In this document: in pieces, positions 1 through 9,611 of the stretch | Layout of the letters: the number at the start of each line of letters is the position of its first letter | Numbering within the stretch: the first letter of the stretch is position 1 | Source of the DNA: an uncultured Thermoleophilia bacterium | Lineage (GTDB): Bacteria > Actinomycetota > Thermoleophilia > UBA2241 | Length of the DNA: 64,000 bases | Assembly: GCA_963717285.1 (NCBI GenBank) | Contig: CAVQVW010000002.1 | Span: forward strand, 187,445-251,444 | Direction: 5' to 3' | Program-made: the position numbers and the translations under genes | The notes under the pieces: generated by a model | Told to the model about the DNA's origin: nothing | What the model saw: only the letters and a program-made list of their open reading frames with translations | Database searches by the model: none

Positions 1-622
1 CCCACACCGTGCCGGCCTCCGTGACACCGACGTGCAGAGGGGCGTCGGTACGGGCGGCGAGGAGACGATAGGCCGCCAGGGTGGTCGGCACGCTCGAGCT
101 CTTCACGCTGAGCTTGTAGGCCGGGAACTCCCACTCGTCGAACTGGTCCGCCCAGCGGAGGGCGGCCTCGACGAGCGCCTGCGCCGGATCGGCCTGCGCC
201 ATTCCTCGCAGATCGCGCGGCAGCGAGCCGGCGTTGACGCCGATGCGGACGGCGACCGGCCACGGGCCTGCCGCCGCCGCACGGACAATCTCGTGAACGT
301 GCTTCGTCGCCATCGTCCCCGGGTTGATCCGTACTCCGGCTGCTCCGGCGGCGATAGCCGCGATGGCCAGCTTCCACTCGTAGTGGATGTCGGCGATGAT
401 CGGCACGGGCGAAGCGCTGACTACCTTCGCGAAGGCGGCGGCGTCGTCGGCGCGCGGCAGCGTCACCCGTACCAACTCGCAGCCTGCGGCGGCGAGCGCA
501 CGAACCTGTGAGAGGGTGGCTTGAGCGTCGCCGGTCTGCGTGCAGGTCATCGACTGCACCAGTATGGGTGCCCCACCGCCCACCGGCAGGCCTCCGACGC
601 TGATCTGGCGGCGGCTAGTCAT
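1..622 (-). CDS. ispG: 4-hydroxy-3-methylbut-2-enyl diphosphate synthase IspG/GcpE, N-terminal part (gene runs off the window start)
   Basis: Own minus-strand translation from ATG at 620-622: MTSRRQISVGGLPVGGGAPILVQSMTCT...AAGCELVRVTLP...PIIADIHY...RINPGT...GVNAGSL. Not in the ORF track because no stop lies in the window. Confidence 0.85.
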   Translation of the reverse strand, partial: MTSRRQISVGGLPVGGGAPILVQSMTCTQTGDAQATLSQVRALAAAGCELVRVTLPRADDAAAFAKVVSASPVPIIADIHYEWKLAIAAIAAGAAGVRINPGTMATKHVHEIVRAAAAGPWPVAVRIGVNAGSLPRDLRGMAQADPAQALVEAALRWADQFDEWEFPAYKLSVKSSSVPTTLAAYRLLAARTDAPLHVGVTEAGTVW

Positions 623-1652
623 CAGAGATGTCAGGGTGGCGACGTCGCCTGTGCCACTGCCAGGTCTGGGAGAGCCCGTCGGAGAACTCGGTCGCGGCTC
701 GCCAGCCGAGAACCCAGGCTGCGCGACCTGTGTCGGCACACGAGTCCCGGATGTCGCCCGCGCGAGGCGGCGCGAAGCCCCGCTCGATGGGCCGGCCCGA
801 GAGTTCCTCCAGGCGGCCGAGGATGTCCAGCAAGCTTGTCTGAGTGCTCGAGCCGACGTTGGACACCGAACACCCCAAGAGGGGCCTGAGAAGAGCCTGC
901 GTGAGGGCCTGGGCTACATCTCCGACGTAGACGAAGTCGCGCGTCTGGCGTCCGTCCCCGTAGATCGTGACGGCCTCGCCGGACGCTGCGGCGCTCATGA
1001 AGCGGCTGATGACGCCTGAGTACTCCGAGGTGGGGTCCTGGCGCGGCCCGTAGACATTGAAGAAGCGCAGGCAGACCGCCGTGACCTCTTCGGCATCGGC
1101 GGCCGCGGCGCAGACTTCTTCGGAGGCCAGCTTCGCCGTCGCGTACGGGCTCAGTGGCCGCAGCGGGGAGGTCTCCGCCACCGGCAGATGGGCGGCGTCG
1201 CCGTACACCGCGCAGCTCGAGGCGAGGACGACGCGCGGCACCCCAGCCTCCACCGCGCGGCGCACGACGTTCACGGTGCCCCCGTGGGTCACGCTGTTGG
1301 CACCCACGGGGTCCTCGACTGAGAGGGTGACAGAGGCCACGGCGGCGAGGTGCGCGACGGCGCCGCATCCGTCGAGTGCGTCGCGCACCCGGAAGTCGTC
1401 ACGCACGTCGCAGTGCATGAGCTGGAAGTGAGCGCCGTGAGCCGCGGCAAGGGCCTCCGCCCCCTCGAGGTTCTCGCGCTTGCCCGTACTGAAGTCGTCC
1501 AGCACCCGAACGCTGTGGCCCCTGTCCAGCAGGGTGTGGACGAGGTGGGATCCGATAAACCCCGCCCCCCCGGTGACGAGGATCAGCTCCTTCGCAGGGT
1601 GATTCCCGCGAAGAAGGCGGCTGTCACCCGCCAACGATCCTCTGGATGTCAT
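615..1652 (-). CDS. NAD-dependent sugar epimerase/dehydratase (extended SDR, WbpP/TviC-like)
   Basis: VTGGAGFIGSHL Rossmann motif, LDDFSTGKRENL, catalytic SPYATAKLASE (YxxxK). 8-nt overlap with the ispG start. Confidence 0.8.
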   Translation of the reverse strand: MTSRGSLAGDSRLLRGNHPAKELILVTGGAGFIGSHLVHTLLDRGHSVRVLDDFSTGKRENLEGAEALAAAHGAHFQLMHCDVRDDFRVRDALDGCGAVAHLAAVASVTLSVEDPVGANSVTHGGTVNVVRRAVEAGVPRVVLASSCAVYGDAAHLPVAETSPLRPLSPYATAKLASEEVCAAAADAEEVTAVCLRFFNVYGPRQDPTSEYSGVISRFMSAAASGEAVTIYGDGRQTRDFVYVGDVAQALTQALLRPLLGCSVSNVGSSTQTSLLDILGRLEELSGRPIERGFAPPRAGDIRDSCADTGRAAWVLGWRAATEFSDGLSQTWQWHRRRRHPDISDD

Positions 1653-2895
1653 TGAACGAGAGGAAGACGAACAGCGCGATCATCAGCAGCGTGCCCACGG
1701 CCACGATACGCTCGAAGACCTTGGCATCGAGGCGCTTGCCGCGCACGCGCTCGAGCAGGTTGAAGGCGATGTGTCCTCCGTCGAAGGGGAGGATCGGCAG
1801 GAGGTTGATGACTCCGAGGTTGATGCTCAGGAAGGCGAGCAGCACGGGGTACCAGTTCTGCTCGACTGCCTGGCGACTCACGTCGAGGATACCGATCGGT
1901 CCCGCCACGCCATCCTTGCCGGTGGCGCTGATCTGACCGGTCACCAGCCACGAAAGACCGACGAAGAGGGCCACGATGAGGTCTCGGGTCCCGGTGATGC
2001 CAAGCCACACGGTCTCCAGGGGGCCCGGCCGTTCGGTCACGACCGCGGCGCGAACGCCCATGTAGCCGCTGCCCGGCAGCTGCGGGTTCTCGATGAGCTT
2101 CACCTGCGTGGTGCGAGGTTCCGCTGCGGTCTCACCGGCCACTCCCGCGTCTGTTCCCCGGAGATAGGCGAGCTCGATCGTCTCGTCGGGGCGCGCGCGA
2201 AAGTACGCGGAGGCTTCGTCCCACGACGCGAACACCACACCGTCGGCGCCCACGAACACGTCTCCGACCCGAATCCCGGCTTGCGCCGCCGGCCCATCGG
2301 CCAAGACGTCGTCGATGGCCAGGGTCGCCGACGGCACTCCCTGAATGCCGATGAAGACGATGAGGATCACGGCCGCCGCCACGAAGTTCATCAGTGGACC
2401 GGCGAGAATGGCGAGGTTGCGCTGCCAGATGGGCTTGCGGAAGTAGGCCCGATCGCCGGTGCCCTCGGGGACCTCCTCCTCGGGGGTCATGCCGCTGATC
2501 TTGCAGAAGCCGCCCAGCGGGATGATGCCTATGCCGTACTCGGTCTCACCCCATGTGTGCCTCGCGGCGGCCGGCGGAAAGCCAACGTAGAACTTCTCGA
2601 CGCGCATGCCGAAAGCCTTGGCGGCGATGAAGTGACCGAATTCGTGTACGGTGATGAGCAGAGCCAGTCCGAGGATGCCGACGAGCCAGACCCACTGACC
2701 CGTCGCCAGCGTCGCCAGCACGGCGATGCCCAAGAGAAGCGACCACGGGCTCACCGGGCGGGATGGTCCGGCCTCAGTCGTCGTCTTCACGGGCGCCTTG
2801 GCGCTCGGCTTCTGGTCGAGGTCGGGCATGACATGAGGATACCACGGAGGTAGGCACGGGCTCGTCGCTGAGGACGCGCGCCGGCGTAGGCTCAC
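1624..2895 (-). CDS. rseP: RIP zinc metalloprotease RseP (site-2 protease with PDZ domain)
   Basis: HEFGHF zinc motif and C-terminal NLLPILPFDGGH motif, with a PDZ-like middle region and TM helices. Start uncertain: GTG at 2895 or ATG at 2829. Confidence 0.85.
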   Translation of the reverse strand: MSLRRRASSATSPCLPPWYPHVMPDLDQKPSAKAPVKTTTEAGPSRPVSPWSLLLGIAVLATLATGQWVWLVGILGLALLITVHEFGHFIAAKAFGMRVEKFYVGFPPAAARHTWGETEYGIGIIPLGGFCKISGMTPEEEVPEGTGDRAYFRKPIWQRNLAILAGPLMNFVAAAVILIVFIGIQGVPSATLAIDDVLADGPAAQAGIRVGDVFVGADGVVFASWDEASAYFRARPDETIELAYLRGTDAGVAGETAAEPRTTQVKLIENPQLPGSGYMGVRAAVVTERPGPLETVWLGITGTRDLIVALFVGLSWLVTGQISATGKDGVAGPIGILDVSRQAVEQNWYPVLLAFLSINLGVINLLPILPFDGGHIAFNLLERVRGKRLDAKVFERIVAVGTLLMIALFVFLSFNDIQRIVGG

Positions 2896-4178
2896 GTCGG
2901 CTGGCTGGTCGCCTCTCGCGCGAACTTGCGGGCCTCAGTGTCACAGGCGTAGACGTCATCCAGGCTCGAGACGGACTCGTCGCCGAGCCAGGTCAGGCAT
3001 CGCTCGACCACCTCGGGGATCGCTTGAAAGGCGATGTGTCCCTTGAGGAAGGAGTCCACGGCCACCTCGTTGGCCGCGTTGAGCACGATCGGTGCCGCGA
3101 CAGTGCGCACGGGGGCGGCAGGACGCTCTTCGCCCATAAGGGGTGAGGGGGCTGGTCTGGCCTCGGCCGCCGCTGCCAGCTTGCCGGCCTCCACCGCCAG
3201 ATCGAGGCAGCGGAACGTGCCTGTGTCTGGGCTCTCGAAGGCCAGCTGGTCCGCAAGCAGGTCCAGCCGCCGCACCATAGGCAACACCGGGCGCCGTGGG
3301 TACGCCAGCGCGTAGGCGATCGGCGTGCGCATGTCCGGTGCGCCGAGGTGGGCAAGCACGGCACCGTCGGCGAAACGCACCATGCTGTGCACGATGCTCT
3401 GTGGGTTGAGCAGTACGGTGATGCGCTCGTAGGCCACGCCGAACAGGCGATGCGCCTCGATGACCTCCAGACCCTTGTTCATGAGTGTCGCCGAGTCGAC
3501 ACTGATCTTGGGTCCCATGGCCCAGGTGGGGTGAGCCAGCGCTTCGGTCGGCGTCACGTGGGCCAGCTCGTGTGTCTTGCGGCCGCGAAACGGGCCTCCC
3601 GATCCAGTGAGGAGGAGTTCCTCGACGGTCGACGGCTCGCGCGGCTCTGGACCGTCGGCCGCGAGGCACTGGAAGAGCGCGCTGTGCTCGCTGTCGACCG
3701 GCAGGATCAGCGATCCGCCGCGTCGCGCGGCCTCCAGCACGAAAGGACCTCCCGCGACCATGCTCTCCTTGTTCGCCAACGCGAGGGTAGCGCCGAGCTG
3801 AAGCGTGGCCATGGTGGCGCGCAGGCCGGCGGCTCCTACGATGCCGTTCAGCACGGTGAGGGGCGCGTCGGCCTCGGCGGCGGCGCCGGCCGCGCAGCTG
3901 ATCAGATCGGCCAGGCCGGCGTCTCCCGAGCGGACCACGAGCTCGGGTCTGCGCGCCGCTGCCGCCTCAGCGGAGACGGTGTCGCGCAGGCACACGTCGC
4001 GGACGCCGTGCTCAACTGCTTGTTCGACGAGCAGTTCGGAGCTCGAGTGGGCGGCGAGACCGGCGACGACGGTCTGCGGCATCTGACCGAGCACCTCGAG
4101 GGCTTGGCGTCCGATGGAACCCGTCGATCCGAGTACGAGAACATGCCTCGGCTGCGTGTCGGGGGGCCCCGTCGTCAT
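2892..4178 (-). CDS. dxr: 1-deoxy-D-xylulose 5-phosphate reductoisomerase
   Basis: VLGSTGSIGRQALEV, NKESMV, VDSEHSALFQCL. Start moved to the internal ATG at 4178 (MTTGPPDTQPRHVLVLGSTGS); the upstream 47 codons look non-coding. Confidence 0.9.
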   Translation of the reverse strand: MTTGPPDTQPRHVLVLGSTGSIGRQALEVLGQMPQTVVAGLAAHSSSELLVEQAVEHGVRDVCLRDTVSAEAAAARRPELVVRSGDAGLADLISCAAGAAAEADAPLTVLNGIVGAAGLRATMATLQLGATLALANKESMVAGGPFVLEAARRGGSLILPVDSEHSALFQCLAADGPEPREPSTVEELLLTGSGGPFRGRKTHELAHVTPTEALAHPTWAMGPKISVDSATLMNKGLEVIEAHRLFGVAYERITVLLNPQSIVHSMVRFADGAVLAHLGAPDMRTPIAYALAYPRRPVLPMVRRLDLLADQLAFESPDTGTFRCLDLAVEAGKLAAAAEARPAPSPLMGEERPAAPVRTVAAPIVLNAANEVAVDSFLKGHIAFQAIPEVVERCLTWLGDESVSSLDDVYACDTEARKFAREATSQPT

Positions 4179-4212
4179 GCCGGAAGCGTACCACGGGCTG
4201 TCGGGGCGGTCG

Positions 4213-6033
4213 CTACCGGGGGAGCCGGTCAAGGACGTCGTCGACCGTCTCCGACTCGGGCATCCGGTGGACGACGTACGTGGGGCGAACCAGCACCGGC
4301 GCGTAGTCAAGGCCCCCACAGGCGGCGCTCAACTCCTCCGGTTCGAGCCCGGCAGTGGCGAGGAAGTGCACGACCAGCGTGGGCACGTCCTCGTGGCGCC
4401 TGTAGTAGTCGATGGTCGACTGGGGCAGCGCACTCGCAGAACCCTGCTCGGGCGTCCGTATCCAGTATGAATTGGTGGCCACACCGCCACTCCAGTAGAG
4501 GTACAGGCCAGAACCGCCGTAGAAGACAAGGAGCTTGTCGCCCATCCTCTCGTGGGCGGCGAGGTCTGTGGAGAGTCGTGTGACGTAGGCGTGCTCCGAC
4601 TCAGGGACACGGACGCCCCACCAGGGTCCGTCCCCGAAGCGCGTCGTCGCCTTCGCCGATACCGGGCCAGCCTGCTGTCGGAATTGGAAGCTCACTGCCA
4701 CACCGAGAACGGCGAGGAGGACCGCCAGCGACAGCCAGGGCAGCCGCACGCCGGGCCTTGGCACCGCCTCCAACGCCCAGGCGAGAAACAGGGCGCTTGC
4801 CAGGATCGCGGGAAAGAGCCCCATGGCGGCATGGACGTAGCCCAGTGAGCTCGTGTAGGCGGCCATCGCTCCGGCGAACAGGGCGGGAACCCAGATCCAT
4901 ATGAGGATTCGGGCTCCGTCGGGCCGCCGCTCGCGCGGGATGAAGAGGTAGAGGTAGGGCGCTGCAGCCGCGTACATCAGCACGAAGCCCGCTGTACCGA
5001 GTGCGGGGCGCTGTCCGGCGAGCCATAGCGCCACGGGCAGCCCGGCGAGGAGCGAGCGCCCCAACGGCGGCCACCGTCTGTACGCGACGTAGATGAGAAC
5101 GGCGATGACGACGAGATAGGGGCGCGACCAGAGGAAGCTCCACGACCCCGAGACGATCTCGTAGGCCTTCGTGGCCCCGCCCAGCTGGCCGAGTTGATGG
5201 CCTGTCTCGAGCGTGTAGTGCCAGCAGCGCTCGAGATTCTCGGCGCCGAAGCTGAGGACGACGAGGCTGATCGGAACGAGCGCGAGAGCGCCGCCCAGCG
5301 CCCACGCGCTCAGGACCTGCCATGCCATGCGCCCGGTCGGTGGTCCCTGCGGGTCGGGGGGGTACTCGAAAGCGCCCTCCGCGAGCAGCGCGACGCCGCC
5401 GCGCCCCAACGCGAAGGCGAGAAAGACCGAATAGAACGGGAGCACGAAGAGCAGTGTCGGATACGCGACCACTGCGAGCCCCAGAACAACGCCCGAGGCG
5501 AGCGCCCAGGCTCTCGATGGGGGCTCGATCACGGCGCGCAGGCCAAGGATCGAGCCCAGAGTCAGCAACGCCGCCCCCATGGTGCTGGAGCTGACCTGTG
5601 GCGTGTCCCACGAAAGAGAGGCGACGCAGAGCGCAGCGACCAGGAGTGCCAGCTCCCACCGCAGGAGCCGGCGCAGAACCATGAACGCTCCCAGCGCCAC
5701 GCCGACAGCCAGGAGCAGGTACAGGTGTCGCCCATAGAGGATGAGGCCGGTCACGTCGTAGTCACGCAGGACCGCGAACAGCTTGAAGAGCGGATAGACG
5801 AGGAGGCTCGGGATCTGGGAGAGATCCTCCTCGTTCACGAAGGGCATGTCGCCAAGCGCCCAGCGCCAGGGCACGACGAGAGACCCGCTCTCATCCGCGA
5901 AATCGAGACTCTGGAAGAGCTGGTACCAGGCAAGCCCCAGCGCGAGGACGGCACTGCCAAGCGCCAAGCCACCAAACGCCTTGGTCGCGGAGTTCCGTCT
6001 GCTCAGGCGCTGGGCGCCGGGACCGTCTCCCAC
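4213..6033 (-). CDS. Large polytopic membrane protein, possible GT-C-type glycosyltransferase (function not established)
   Basis: 606 aa, at least 10 hydrophobic helices, then a soluble C-terminal domain of about 130 aa. The architecture resembles ArnT/PMT-like GT-C enzymes, but I recognised no diagnostic motif. Confidence 0.55.
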   Translation of the reverse strand: MGDGPGAQRLSRRNSATKAFGGLALGSAVLALGLAWYQLFQSLDFADESGSLVVPWRWALGDMPFVNEEDLSQIPSLLVYPLFKLFAVLRDYDVTGLILYGRHLYLLLAVGVALGAFMVLRRLLRWELALLVAALCVASLSWDTPQVSSSTMGAALLTLGSILGLRAVIEPPSRAWALASGVVLGLAVVAYPTLLFVLPFYSVFLAFALGRGGVALLAEGAFEYPPDPQGPPTGRMAWQVLSAWALGGALALVPISLVVLSFGAENLERCWHYTLETGHQLGQLGGATKAYEIVSGSWSFLWSRPYLVVIAVLIYVAYRRWPPLGRSLLAGLPVALWLAGQRPALGTAGFVLMYAAAAPYLYLFIPRERRPDGARILIWIWVPALFAGAMAAYTSSLGYVHAAMGLFPAILASALFLAWALEAVPRPGVRLPWLSLAVLLAVLGVAVSFQFRQQAGPVSAKATTRFGDGPWWGVRVPESEHAYVTRLSTDLAAHERMGDKLLVFYGGSGLYLYWSGGVATNSYWIRTPEQGSASALPQSTIDYYRRHEDVPTLVVHFLATAGLEPEELSAACGGLDYAPVLVRPTYVVHRMPESETVDDVLDRLPR

Positions 6034-6049
6034 CAGCCGGCGCCCGCGA

Positions 6050-6832
6050 TCAGTAGCCGAGCCCGACGGTGAGCAGGTAGTAGGACGCGACCGACGCCCA
6101 GATGAGCGCGTCGAAGCGGTCGAGTACGCCGCCGTGGCCCGGCAGCCCCCGGCCCGAGTCCTTGATCTGCACGTCGCGCTTCAGCAAGCTCTCGAACAGA
6201 TCGCCGAGCGGTCCGAAGACGGCGATGACCATTCCGAGCAGCAGCGAATCGATCGGCGTAGCGTCCGTGTACAGCCCGATGACGACGACGAGCAGGATCG
6301 TTCCGGCCACGCCCCCAGCGAAGCCCTCCCATGTCTTCTTGGGGGAGAGCTTGGGCACCATCGGCGTGGAGCCGAAGTACTTGCCCGTGAAATAGGCGAC
6401 AGTGTCGCCGGCCCACGTTCCGAAGACGACTGTGAGGACGATCGCCAAGCCGTCGTCGAGCTGACGCAGGAGCAGGAGATGAGAGAACCCCAACCCCAGA
6501 TAGAGGATGCCGAGGAGGGTGATGGCCATCCGGACACTCACACCGGGTCTGGGTCCGATCAGGAGGCCCGAGAGCGAGACAAGCAGCGCGCCCAAAGCGA
6601 CCGCCCCGAGTATTCCAAATGGCGTGTGGAACCATGCCATGTACATCATGGCCGCGACTGCGAGGAATCCCCCGAGAGGCAGAGGGCGGTACCGCTTCAT
6701 GACGCGGAAGAACTCGTTGAGGCCTATCAAGGCCAGCGCCAGCATCACGAAGAAGAAGACCAGCCCTCCGTTCGCGATGACGACGATCGTCAGCAGGGCG
6801 AGGACGGCGCCGGTGATGATGCGCGTGATCAT
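6050..6832 (-). CDS. cdsA: Phosphatidate cytidylyltransferase
   Basis: CDS signature SLLKRDVQIKDSGRGLPGHGGVLDRFDALI; multi-TM protein. Confidence 0.9.
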   Translation of the reverse strand: MITRIITGAVLALLTIVVIANGGLVFFFVMLALALIGLNEFFRVMKRYRPLPLGGFLAVAAMMYMAWFHTPFGILGAVALGALLVSLSGLLIGPRPGVSVRMAITLLGILYLGLGFSHLLLLRQLDDGLAIVLTVVFGTWAGDTVAYFTGKYFGSTPMVPKLSPKKTWEGFAGGVAGTILLVVVIGLYTDATPIDSLLLGMVIAVFGPLGDLFESLLKRDVQIKDSGRGLPGHGGVLDRFDALIWASVASYYLLTVGLGY

Positions 6833-7650
6833 GAGGCCTGAGACTCCATCGCTCGGCCTCCGAAGCGGCGTTGCCGCCGCCCGTACTCCGCGAGCGCCTC
6901 ATCGAGAGCCGACTCGTCGAAGTCCGGCCACAGCGTATCTGTGAAGCTGAACTCGGAGTAGGCGCACTGCCAGAGCAGGAAGTTGCTGACGCGCAGCTCG
7001 CCCGAGGTGCGTATGAGCATCTCCGGGTCATGCATCTCGGGGGCGTAAAGGTGGCGGCGGAAGTTCTCCGGGGTCGCCTCCTCTCCGGCCGCGGCGAGGG
7101 CCGCAGCTGCGTCCAGGAGCTCCTGCCGTCCGCCGTAGTTGAAAGCGATGTAGACGGTCATGCCGGCATTCGCGGCGGTCAGCGCCTCGGCCTCCTCCAT
7201 GCGCTGAAGGAGCTGCTGCTGAACGCCGTCTCGGCGGCCGACGAAGCGCACGCGGGCACCTCGCTCGTGCATGTCTGGTACTTGGGTGTCGATCATCTCG
7301 ACGAACAGATCCATGAGCGCGGCGACCTCATCCGGAGGCCGATTCCAGTTCTCGGTCGAGAACGAGTACACGGTCACCTCCCGGATGTCGCGCCTCATGG
7401 CATGCTCGAGTATGCGCCGCAGCGCCTTTGCTCCAGCCCGATGGCCTGCGACCACGGGCAGACGCCTGCGCTGCGCCCAGCGTCCGTTGCCGTCCATGAT
7501 GATCGCGAGGTACCGGCAGCGGGCCCCGCCGGCGGCTGGGGCAGCCTGGTCGCCCATGCGTCGCATGCGCCAGCGGGCCATCCAGGTCCGCCAAGGTGAC
7601 GACCTTCCTCCCCGCGCCGCCGGATTTCTCCCGGATGGGGGTTCAGACAT
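6829..7650 (-). CDS. uppS: Undecaprenyl (isoprenyl) diphosphate synthase
   Basis: IIMDGNGRWA, FSTENWNRP, RTSGELRVSNFLLWQCAYSEF. Confidence 0.9.
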   Translation of the reverse strand: MSEPPSGRNPAARGGRSSPWRTWMARWRMRRMGDQAAPAAGGARCRYLAIIMDGNGRWAQRRRLPVVAGHRAGAKALRRILEHAMRRDIREVTVYSFSTENWNRPPDEVAALMDLFVEMIDTQVPDMHERGARVRFVGRRDGVQQQLLQRMEEAEALTAANAGMTVYIAFNYGGRQELLDAAAALAAAGEEATPENFRRHLYAPEMHDPEMLIRTSGELRVSNFLLWQCAYSEFSFTDTLWPDFDESALDEALAEYGRRQRRFGGRAMESQAS

Positions 7651-8200
7651 CCAGGATCTCGGCCTCTTTGTGCTTCAACAGCTCGTCGATGGCGTGCACA
7701 TGCTCGTCGGTCAGCTTCTGCAAGTCGTGCTCGGCGCGCTTCTCGGCATCCTCGCCGACCTCCCCCTCGTGCGCGAGCTCCTTGAGGTCCTTCATGCAAT
7801 CCCGGCGGACGTTGCGCACGGCGACGCGCCCGTCCTCGGCCAGTCGATGAACGAGCCTCACCAGCTCCTTGCGGCGCTCCTCAGTCAGCGTCGGGACGGG
7901 CAGCCGGATGAGGATGCCGTCGTTGCTGGGGTTGAGGCCGAGATCGGACTCCATGATGGCCTTCTCGATGCTCTTCATGGCCGTCTTGTCGTACGGCTGG
8001 ACGGTCAGCATCCGCGGCTCGGGGGCTGCTACGTTGGCCAGCTGCTTCAGCGGCGTCGAGGTCCCGTAGTAGTCGACGTGGACCCGGTCCAGCAAGCCGA
8101 CGCTGGCGCGCCCGCTGCGCACGGTCGTGAACTCCGTCCTAACGGCTTCGACTGCCTTGTCCATGCGGCGCTTGGCGTCCGCCAGCAGTTCCTTCTCCAC
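7643..8200 (-). CDS. frr: Ribosome recycling factor
   Basis: VEKELLADAKRRMDKAVEAVRTEFTTVRSGRASVGLLD. GTG start at 8200 preceded by GGAGGGGAGG; the longer track ORF overlaps pyrH. Confidence 0.9.
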   Translation of the reverse strand: MEKELLADAKRRMDKAVEAVRTEFTTVRSGRASVGLLDRVHVDYYGTSTPLKQLANVAAPEPRMLTVQPYDKTAMKSIEKAIMESDLGLNPSNDGILIRLPVPTLTEERRKELVRLVHRLAEDGRVAVRNVRRDCMKDLKELAHEGEVGEDAEKRAEHDLQKLTDEHVHAIDELLKHKEAEILDV

Positions 8201-8217
8201 CGATCCTCCCCTCCGGG

Positions 8218-8955
8218 TCAGTTCCTGACGGGCGTGTGCACGAGGGTGCCCACGCGCTCGCCCGAAAGCACGCGCACGATGTTGTCGCCGGTCATCCTGA
8301 ACACGCAGATAGGCATGAGGTTGTCCATGCACAGACTCAGCGCCGTCGTGTCCATCACCTTGAGGCCGCGTTCGATCGCCTGGAGGTGCGTCAGTTGCGG
8401 GATGAACACCGCTCCTTCCTCCTGCTCCGGGTCGGCGGAGTACACGCCGTCGTACTCGCGCTTGGCCATGAGGATCGTCTCGGCCTCGAGTTCGAGAGCC
8501 CGGAGCGCCGCCGCGGAATCTGTGCTGAAGTACGGGTTGCCGGTGCCGGCGGCGCAGATGACGACGCGGCCCTTTTCGAGGTGCCTGATGGCGCGGCGCC
8601 GGATGTATGGCTCGCAGACGTCGCGGATCTCGAAGGCGCTCATGACGCGAGTGTCGACGCCCTCGTCCTCGAGCGCATCCTGCAGGGCGAGCGCGTTCTG
8701 CACCGTCGCGATCATGCCGATATAGTCGCCGGTGGCGCGGTCCATGCCGGCTACATGAGCCGACATGCCCCGGAAGATGTTGCCGCCACCGACCACGATC
8801 GCGATCTGGACGTCGAGGGTGCGCGCCACCTTGATGTAGCGAGCGATCTCCCTTGTCGTCGAGGGGTCGATCGTCTTCGTCTTGCTGCCTAGCGCCTGGC
8901 CGCTCAGCTTGAGAAGAACGCGGTGGAAGGCGCTGCTTGGGGAATCGCCTTCCAT
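8218..8955 (-). CDS. pyrH: UMP kinase
   Basis: VLLKLSGQALG, VVGGGNIFRG. Start set to the internal ATG at 8955 (MEGDSPSSAFHRVLLKLSG). Confidence 0.9.
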   Translation of the reverse strand: MEGDSPSSAFHRVLLKLSGQALGSKTKTIDPSTTREIARYIKVARTLDVQIAIVVGGGNIFRGMSAHVAGMDRATGDYIGMIATVQNALALQDALEDEGVDTRVMSAFEIRDVCEPYIRRRAIRHLEKGRVVICAAGTGNPYFSTDSAAALRALELEAETILMAKREYDGVYSADPEQEEGAVFIPQLTHLQAIERGLKVMDTTALSLCMDNLMPICVFRMTGDNIVRVLSGERVGTLVHTPVRN

Positions 8956-8960
8956 GCTCG

Positions 8961-9566
8961 CTAGCTCTGTTCGGAGGTCTCGCCGAGCTGGAAGCGCACG
9001 AAGCGACGGACCTCGACGTTCTCGCCGATGACGCCCACGAGATCCGTGCGGAGCTGCTCGATGGTGCGGTCCGGGTCCTTGATGAAGGCCTGCTCCATGA
9101 GGCAAGTCTCGGCGAAGAACTTCTCGAGCTTCCCCGCGACGATCTTGTCGAGGATGTTCTCGGGCTTGCCCTTGACCTGCTCGGCGTAGATCGCCTTCTC
9201 GCGGTCTACGACATCGGCGGGGACTTCGTCGCGCGACACCCACTGCGGAGCCGCGGCGGCGACATGCATGGCGAGGTCGTGGGTGAACTGCCTGAACGAG
9301 TCGCTGCGTGAGACGAAGTCGGTCTCAACGCCCACCTCGACGAGAACGCCGATCTTTCCGCCGGCGTGGACGTACGAATCGACGGCGCCTTCCTTGGTGG
9401 CGCGAGCGCTCCTCTTCTGGGCGCTCGCGAGACCCTGCTTGCGCAGTTCGTCCATGGCCCTCTCCTTGTCGCCATCGGTGGCGGCAAGGGCCTTCTTGCA
9501 GTCCATCATTCCCGCTCCGCTCTTTTCGCGAAGCTCCTTGACTAGCGCAGCAGTGATCTCAGCCAC
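8961..9566 (-). CDS. tsf: Elongation factor Ts (short form)
   Basis: MAEITAALVKELREKSGAGMMDCKKAL UBA-like N-terminus; lies between rpsB and pyrH. Confidence 0.9.
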   Translation of the reverse strand: MAEITAALVKELREKSGAGMMDCKKALAATDGDKERAMDELRKQGLASAQKRSARATKEGAVDSYVHAGGKIGVLVEVGVETDFVSRSDSFRQFTHDLAMHVAAAAPQWVSRDEVPADVVDREKAIYAEQVKGKPENILDKIVAGKLEKFFAETCLMEQAFIKDPDRTIEQLRTDLVGVIGENVEVRRFVRFQLGETSEQS

Positions 9567-9611
9567 AGCACGATCCTCTCGTAGGGTCGGCGGTTGTTGT
9601 GCGGGGGTCGG

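Noticed and set aside
4179-4319. N-terminal extensions in the ORF track for dxr, and similarly for pyrH, frr, rimM, nadK, efp, pepP, punA, pilM, the ABC ATPase and the minor pilins.
   Set aside because: The extensions are Arg/Ser/Pro-rich and overlap the upstream gene. They precede an internal start that has a proper RBS or an ATGA/GTGA coupling and gives the canonical family N-terminus.
7271-8725. Long plus-strand ORFs antisense to real genes: 7271-8725, 26540-28213, 42731-44203, 46089-48032, 54850-56595 and 61899-63314, among others.
   Set aside because: Each lies opposite a minus-strand gene with unambiguous family motifs. Their translations are Arg/Ala/Gly/Asp-rich with no recognisable motifs. 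Such stop-free antisense frames are expected in GC-rich DNA.
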